A stretch of DNA of 64,000 nt, from assembly GCA_964547485.1 (NCBI GenBank), contig CAZJNU010000006.1:1863-65862 (forward strand), given 5' to 3'. Below the pieces are notes generated by a model. It saw only the letters and a list, made by a program, of their open reading frames with translations. It made no database searches and was not told the DNA's origin. This DNA is from an uncultured Actinomycetes bacterium (GTDB taxonomy: Bacteria > Actinomycetota > Actinomycetes > S36-B12 > UBA10799). The translations under genes were made by a program, and so were the position numbers. Positions 58,430 to 64,000 of this stretch are shown in pieces. The first letter of the stretch is position 1. Every line of letters starts with the position of its first letter.

Positions 58430-59448
58430 GACTCCCCCACTACCGCTCGGAGTACGTCATCGAGTCCAGGCACTCCGGGGCCGAACGCGTCGGGCCTGGC
58501 GTACAGACCAGCGGGCAGAGTGCTGTCGCCCGCCAGCGAGTGGAGGTCGATTAGGAAGGACTGGGCCAGTTCGTAGGCCGACCGGGCGCTGGAGACACTG
58601 CCGGCGAAATCAAGCGAGCCAGCCAGGCCGCCTGGTGTCGGGAGATACAAAACCGGGACCTGCTGGGCTGCCGCCCGAAGCGACGCCGACCGTTGCTGAG
58701 CCGCCAGCATGGCGTTGATCGCCGGCACCACCTGTGCCAGCGACGGGCCGACGGTACGTTCGGCGGAGGCACCAGTATCGAACACCACGATGCTCGCCGC
58801 TCCCCTCTCCACGGCCACCGCGGCGGGGAGATTGGCGCTGGCCAGACCGTCCACGTAGTACCGGCCGTTGATCTCCACCGGTGGAAAGACGCCAGGGATG
58901 GCCGAGGATGCCAGCAGGGCATCGAGCAGCGACCCGCGATCGAGGGCCGTCGGCTGGCCACTGTCCAGATCCGTGGCGACCGCAGCCAGCGGCAGCACCA
59001 GGTCTTCGAAGTCACGAGCCTGGAAGACCCGCTCCAGCGTCGCCCGCTCCCCCGCGCTGTCCGCCAGCGACGCCTTGGTGATGTTCGTCGGCCGCACCAA
59101 ACCCAACCAACCGTCCGGAATGATGTCGGTCAGGTCCATCGCCGACCACAGATAGCCGAGCCGGGTCACGGCGGAAACTGGGTCCTCGGCGATCATCGCT
59201 CCGGTTAGCGCCCCGGCGCTGGTTCCCACCAAGGCGTCCGGAGCCAGGTCCGTCTCCCGTACCGCCTGCAGCGTCCCCCACTGCACAGCCCCGTGGGCGC
59301 CACCTCCGGCCAGTACCCAGTACGCAGGCCGCGGAAGGCGGGCGGCGAGCGGCACAATCCCACCGTTGCTGGTCCGCAGGGATCGGCTGCGGGCAGCGGG
59401 AACCTCAAGCGCGTTATCGGCCCTACTCGTCCGACGCAGCAGGGCCAT
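58426..59448 (-). CDS. patatin-like phospholipase
   Basis: The ATG at 59448 gives MALLRR. Motifs LAGGGAHGAVQWG, GTSAGAL, VDGLASANLP. The upstream part of the track ORF overlaps the divergent gene region. Confidence 0.8.
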   Translation of the reverse strand: MALLRRTSRADNALEVPAARSRSLRTSNGGIVPLAARLPRPAYWVLAGGGAHGAVQWGTLQAVRETDLAPDALVGTSAGALTGAMIAEDPVSAVTRLGYLWSAMDLTDIIPDGWLGLVRPTNITKASLADSAGERATLERVFQARDFEDLVLPLAAVATDLDSGQPTALDRGSLLDALLASSAIPGVFPPVEINGRYYVDGLASANLPAAVAVERGAASIVVFDTGASAERTVGPSLAQVVPAINAMLAAQQRSASLRAAAQQVPVLYLPTPGGLAGSLDFAGSVSSARSAYELAQSFLIDLHSLAGDSTLPAGLYARPDAFGPGVPGLDDVLRAVVGES

Positions 59449-59486
59449 AACGCCATCGTTGCAGACTGTGGGCCTACCATCACCCT

Positions 59487-60263
59487 GTGCGCCTTCATCC
59501 GTTCCTCGCTCTGGGTCGCCCGATCGCCATGGCCCACCGCGGTGGCGCACAGGAGGCTCCGGAGAATACCCCTGCCGCCTTTCAACGGGCTGTCGATCTG
59601 GGCTACGACTACCTAGAGACGGACCTGCGCAGCACTCGGGACGGTGTAATCGTGCTGATGCACGACTCGTCGCTGGAGCGGGTTGCCGGAGTTCATCAGA
59701 GCGTCGCAGACATGGACTGGGACGAACTCTCGCAGGTCCGACTGGCCGAGGGTGAGCGAGTGATGCGCCTCGACGACGCCCTGAGCACCTGGCCGGCAAT
59801 TCACTGGAACCTGGACATCAAGGATGACCAGACACTCGCCCCGGCGCTAGCGGCCCTCGCTGATCCGGCCGTACTGGAGCGTGTCTGCATCTCATCGTTT
59901 TCCTCCTCCCGGGTCCGCACCGTCCGGCGAGAGTTGGGACCTGACGCAGCCACCGGTGCCACTCCCGGAGAGGTGGCCACGATCATGGGGGCCAGCCTCG
60001 CCCGGCCGTTCCTCCGGGCCCTGCGCAGGCATTTGCCCAGTCTGCCGGTCGCCATGCAGGTACCGCGGGCGCAGACCGGCGTTCCAGTGGTCACCCGCCG
60101 CACGATCGACCTCGCCCACGATCTCGGGATCCAGGTACATGTGTGGGTGGTGGACGACCCCGCCGACATGACCAGGTTGTTGGACATGGGCGTCGACGGT
60201 CTGATCACCGACGCACCGACAACGCTGCGAGCAGTTCTGAACGGTCGAAGCAGCACTCTCTAG
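59487..60263 (+). CDS. glycerophosphodiester phosphodiesterase family protein
   Basis: AHRGGAQEAPENTPAAFQRAVDLGYDYLETDLRSTRDGVIVLMHD. Confidence 0.85.
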   Translation: MRLHPFLALGRPIAMAHRGGAQEAPENTPAAFQRAVDLGYDYLETDLRSTRDGVIVLMHDSSLERVAGVHQSVADMDWDELSQVRLAEGERVMRLDDALSTWPAIHWNLDIKDDQTLAPALAALADPAVLERVCISSFSSSRVRTVRRELGPDAATGATPGEVATIMGASLARPFLRALRRHLPSLPVAMQVPRAQTGVPVVTRRTIDLAHDLGIQVHVWVVDDPADMTRLLDMGVDGLITDAPTTLRAVLNGRSSTL

Positions 60264-60551
60264 TGCCCTTACCGAACCCTTACAATGTCGTCCTGCCAGT
60301 GGTGAAACCACGCCTGCGCGGGTGACGTCAGACGCCTATCGATCTACTCCGGGTCGACAAGTCCAGCTCGCAGGGCGCAGTTCGATGCGCAATTGTGGGC
60401 CACGTCTCAGCCATTCGGGTTTAGCCACCGGTGCCGGTGGGAACAATCTGAACCGAGGGGCGTGTTAAACCCCTACACCCCACCATCGGGCAACCGCCCG
60501 CGCGCCGGAGTTTCCGGTGCCGCTGCGGCGGGCCTGCAAGGAAGGAAGCAC

Positions 60552-60905
60552 ATGTCTGAGGGAGCTCTTCGCGGGACTCGATTGGGTGCCGCCAGCTACG
60601 AGACCGACGAGAATGTGGTGCTGGCACCACGCTCGGACGTCTACTACGACTGCCCGAATGGCCACACTCTGTCAATGCCGTTTTCGGTCGAGGCAGAGGT
60701 GCCAGCAACCTGGGACTGCCACTGCGGGGCCCGGGCTGCGCTACGAGACGGAGTGACGCCCGAGTTGAAACCGATGAAGCACGTCCGGACCCATTGGGAC
60801 ATGCTTCGTGAGCGTCGCAGCATCGACGAACTGGAGATTCTGCTGGCCGAGCGGCTGGAAATCATCCAGGGAACCGCGTACTCCGAGGAGCGTAAAAGCG
60901 CCTGA
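60552..60905 (+). CDS. rbpA: RNA polymerase-binding protein RbpA
   Basis: The ATG at 60552 gives MSEGALRGTRLGAASYE...YYDCPNGH...WDCHCG...HWDMLRERRSIDELE. Preceded by AAGGAAG. Confidence 0.9.
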   Translation: MSEGALRGTRLGAASYETDENVVLAPRSDVYYDCPNGHTLSMPFSVEAEVPATWDCHCGARAALRDGVTPELKPMKHVRTHWDMLRERRSIDELEILLAERLEIIQGTAYSEERKSA

Positions 60906-60925
60906 CGGCGCCATCTGAACTTCCC

Positions 60926-61573
60926 CTACGAAGCGCCTGGACCGTCCATTGGACGATCTGGGCGCTTCGTTGCGCCATCGGTCGGTGCGACGTCATTCGG
61001 CCCGGCCACGATCTCGCCGGAGATGATCACCGGTCCCGCGGGACCACTGGCTCCGGGCCGGCCCGTACCCCCTGCACCACTGGGGCCGGGTTTCCGATAA
61101 CCGGAGGCCCCCGGGGCCGGCTCGGTGTAGGAGGTGACCGTCTCTCCTTCGATGATGGTGACCCGTTGGTATCCCTGTCTGCTGGCCATCGTCGACAGTC
61201 GCCCGCCGAAGGCACGCCCCAACAGCCGCCGAGTCGGCGGGAACACCAACAGCAGACCTGCCAGTGCGGTGATGAATCCCGGGATGATGAGCAGGATTCC
61301 ACCAACCAGCAGCAGGCCGGCGTCACCGATCGCCGGACCAAAACCGGTGTTCAGAAACCCCGGATCGGTTTGGGCTCGTTCGGCAAGTCTGCGCCACGCC
61401 TGCATCGCGCGACGGACCATCGCGATCCCGAATCCGAACAGCAGCGCCGCGACGATCAGTACCGGGCCCCACCCCACCTGCTGGACTGCCCAAACCGCGG
61501 CCCAAATTTCCAGGAACGGCAGCGCGATGACGGCCAGCAGGATCACGAGCGCCTTCACTGTTCGCCCTACCAA
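60926..61573 (-). CDS. fxsA: FxsA-family membrane protein with Gly/Pro-rich C-terminal tail
   Basis: LPFLEIWAAVWAVQQVGW...LLIIPGFITALAGLLLVFPPTRRL. Confidence 0.8.
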   Translation of the reverse strand: MVGRTVKALVILLAVIALPFLEIWAAVWAVQQVGWGPVLIVAALLFGFGIAMVRRAMQAWRRLAERAQTDPGFLNTGFGPAIGDAGLLLVGGILLIIPGFITALAGLLLVFPPTRRLLGRAFGGRLSTMASRQGYQRVTIIEGETVTSYTEPAPGASGYRKPGPSGAGGTGRPGASGPAGPVIISGEIVAGPNDVAPTDGATKRPDRPMDGPGAS

Positions 61574-62364
61574 CCTTCGCCGGTGGTGTGGCGCTGGCGA
61601 GCGTTGCGTCGGCGCCCGAGCCTGCGGGTGCGGTCACGGACACCCCAGACAGTGACGTGCCAGAGGGCCTCCGAGACGATCTTCTGATTCATCTTGGATT
61701 CGCCGACCTCGCGCTCCACGAACTCGATGGGTACCTCGGTCACGGTCAATCCCCGTTGCACGGCGCGATAGGCCAGATCGACCTGGAAAATGTAGCCGGC
61801 ACTTCCGACCCCGTTCAGGTCGAGCGCTCGCAGGGTGCTGGCCCGGAAGGCGCGGTAGCCGCCGGTGGCATCCTGCACCGGCAGACCCAGCGCTTTGCGG
61901 GTGTACCAGTTGCCACCGCGGGAGAGGAACTCCCTCGACTTGGGCCAGTTCACCACGCTGCCGCCGGGCACGTATCGCGACCCCAGAACCAGATCGGCGT
62001 CGCGCAGGCCGTCCAGCAGGCGCGGCAGCTGCTCAGGTTGGTGGGACCCGTCGGCGTCCATCTCGACCACAACGTCGTAGCCGTGTTCCAGGGCCCAGCT
62101 GAAACCGGCCAAGTAGGCGGCGCCCAGGCCCTCCTTGCCCATCCGGTGCAGAACATGAACGTGATCGTCGACCTCCGCCATCCGGTCAGCCAGCACGCCG
62201 GTACCGTCGGGGCTGTTGTCATCCGCAACGAGGACGTGCGCCTCGGGCACCGCAGCCCGCAGCCGGGGCACGATTCGGGGGACGTTCTCCTTCTCGTTGT
62301 ATGTCGGAATAATCACGAGGATCCGCCCGAGGTCAGCGAAGTCTTCGCCGTCGATGGTGCTCAC
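61567..62364 (-). CDS. ppm1: polyprenol-phosphate mannosyltransferase (GT2, Ppm1 catalytic domain)
   Basis: VIIPTYNEKENV, VADDNSPDGT, EMDADGSH. The GTG at 62364 overlaps the lnt stop (GTGA). Confidence 0.87.
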   Translation of the reverse strand: MSTIDGEDFADLGRILVIIPTYNEKENVPRIVPRLRAAVPEAHVLVADDNSPDGTGVLADRMAEVDDHVHVLHRMGKEGLGAAYLAGFSWALEHGYDVVVEMDADGSHQPEQLPRLLDGLRDADLVLGSRYVPGGSVVNWPKSREFLSRGGNWYTRKALGLPVQDATGGYRAFRASTLRALDLNGVGSAGYIFQVDLAYRAVQRGLTVTEVPIEFVEREVGESKMNQKIVSEALWHVTVWGVRDRTRRLGRRRNARQRHTTGEGW

Positions 62365-63899
62365 GACGACGACCCTATCCGCTGGCCGCCCCGCCGACGC
62401 CACCCGACTACGCCCCCCACGACGCAACCGATCACGCCGACCGCCGCGAGTACCGCTTCCGGCCACACCCCAAGCCGATCGGCAACGCTGAGGGTGTCTC
62501 GCAGGGGCACCTGCGCGACCATCGTGCCGGGACGCGACTCGGGCAACTGGTCGACCACGGTGCCGTCGGCCGCCAGCACCACCGAGATCCCACTGGTGGC
62601 CGCCACCAGCACCCCGCGGCCATGCTCAACGGCCCGAAGCCGAGACATCGCCACCTGTTGCTCCGGTTGGCTGGTACCGCCGTAGGTCGCATTGTTCGTC
62701 TGCACTACCAGCACCCGACCGCCGGATCGTACGACGTTACGGACGATGTCGTCATAGGCGATTTCGAAGCAGATGACATCACCCACCCGGGCCGGTCCGA
62801 CCTGCAGCACGCCAGGTTCGTTGCCACCGACGAAGTCCCGCGGAATCCGTTGGAATCGGTCGACCAACCCACCGAGCAGTGACCGGCCGGGTAGGTACTC
62901 GCCGAACGGGACGGGATGCTGCTTGGCGTAGGAATCGCTAGGGCCGCTGCCCGGCTGCCACACCAGGCCGACATTCCACAACTGGTCGCCCGCACCGGGT
63001 GCATCGACCACTGCCCCCACCAGGATCGGTGCATTGATCGCGGTTGCGGCTGCGTCGATCCGCTGTGCGGCCAGCGGGTCGAGGAAGGGGCTGACATCTG
63101 AGGAGTTCTCCGGCCAGATCACTGCCTCCGGGGCCGGCACCTCCCCTCGGGCCACCCGTTGGCTGAGCAGGATCGTCTCCGTCACGTGGTTCTCCAACAC
63201 CGCCCGCCGGCGGGCGTTGAAATCCAGCCCCACCTGGGGGACATTGCCCTGCACAACGGCGATGGTGGCAGACGGCGGTGCCCCCTCTCCCGCTACCGGA
63301 AGCGGCACCAGCAACCCCGCGCACGCCACTGCCACCGCCGCCAGCAGTGCGAGTCCGGCGGCACGGATCCGACCGGCGCGAGCCGCCAGTGCCACCGCCG
63401 CCAGCAGCGTTCCCACCAACGCCACCGCAAAGGTGACCCCTGGTGCGCCCAGGAGTGCAGCCAGTGGGGTCAGCGGCGAGTCAGGTTGCGAAAACGCCAA
63501 CCGACCCCAGGGGAACCCGCCCCACGGCATCCGATCCCTGAGCGCCTCTGACAGTGCCCAGACCGTCGGCACGGCGATCGGCCACCACCTCAGCTGGGTC
63601 GTCAAGGCTGTGCCGAGTCCCACGAGAGCACTCCAGAGGCTCCAGCCGAGTGAGAGAAGGATCCAGGCATCGGTACCGATCACCTGCAGCCAGGAGAGCA
63701 GGATCAGGTAGAACACCGAACCCGCCAGGAAGCCGCAGCCCGCGCCCACCCACGGGCGGGCCCGCCAGCAGGCCAACGTAAGCAGGGCGACGCCGAGCGG
63801 AGCCAGCACGCTCGACCCGACTGGCGGGAATGCCGCCGCGAGCACCGCCCCCGACACCAGCGCCGCCATCGGCCTGCGCAGCAGAATCCACCAGGCCAT
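62361..63899 (-). CDS. lnt: apolipoprotein N-acyltransferase
   Basis: Polytopic N-terminus plus a nitrilase-type CN-hydrolase domain (IWPE, ICFE). The start is uncertain; the track ORF extends to 63986. Confidence 0.85.
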   Translation of the reverse strand: MAWWILLRRPMAALVSGAVLAAAFPPVGSSVLAPLGVALLTLACWRARPWVGAGCGFLAGSVFYLILLSWLQVIGTDAWILLSLGWSLWSALVGLGTALTTQLRWWPIAVPTVWALSEALRDRMPWGGFPWGRLAFSQPDSPLTPLAALLGAPGVTFAVALVGTLLAAVALAARAGRIRAAGLALLAAVAVACAGLLVPLPVAGEGAPPSATIAVVQGNVPQVGLDFNARRRAVLENHVTETILLSQRVARGEVPAPEAVIWPENSSDVSPFLDPLAAQRIDAAATAINAPILVGAVVDAPGAGDQLWNVGLVWQPGSGPSDSYAKQHPVPFGEYLPGRSLLGGLVDRFQRIPRDFVGGNEPGVLQVGPARVGDVICFEIAYDDIVRNVVRSGGRVLVVQTNNATYGGTSQPEQQVAMSRLRAVEHGRGVLVAATSGISVVLAADGTVVDQLPESRPGTMVAQVPLRDTLSVADRLGVWPEAVLAAVGVIGCVVGGVVGWRRRGGQRIGSSS

Positions 63900-64000
63900 A
63901 CGTCGACTAGTCCCCCGCCAGCGCGCCGACGTCGTACACCGTTGTTCCCCGGACCACTGTGCGCAAGCACACCGGTGACGGGGCACCGTCGGTCAACACC

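Overview
High-GC chromosomal segment from an actinobacterium. The lineage call rests on RbpA, the PdtaR-type ANTAR regulator, the DprE1/DprE2/UbiA arabinan-precursor genes and Lnt/Ppm1. Gene order: a 5'-partial pilO-like gene; the housekeeping block aroC-aroK-aroB-aroQ-pepQ-efp-nusB; three prepilin-signal (pseudopilin) genes; a DUF559 gene; one tRNA flanked by repeats; pdtaR; and a Liv-type amino-acid ABC transporter whose binding-protein gene is separated from livHMGF by an aquaporin gene and a lower-GC toxin-antitoxin island (decayed mazEF, yefM-yoeB, vapBC, an AbrB-type pair). Next come dprE2-dprE1-ubiA, a thioesterase, a resolvase remnant with another vapBC pair, polA, and a tightly coupled operon of REC-GGDEF, a 1198-aa hybrid histidine kinase, CheR and a receiver-less CheB. 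After that lies a nitrogen-oxide cluster (CtaA-like/cupredoxin/NirK-like fusion, FAD oxidoreductase, HPP protein, narGHJI, divergent P450). The window ends with DUF4097/RHH genes, a secreted pentapeptide-repeat lipoprotein, two patatin-like genes, glpQ-like, rbpA, fxsA, ppm1 and lnt. No rRNA, CRISPR array or intact transposase was seen. The strongest candidates for something undescribed are the MCP-less CheR/CheB-kinase-diguanylate cyclase operon, the membrane-anchored NirK fusion with its neighbours, and the pseudopilin trio next to the aro/efp/nusB block. All calls come from reading the supplied translations and the DNA by eye; no searches were run.
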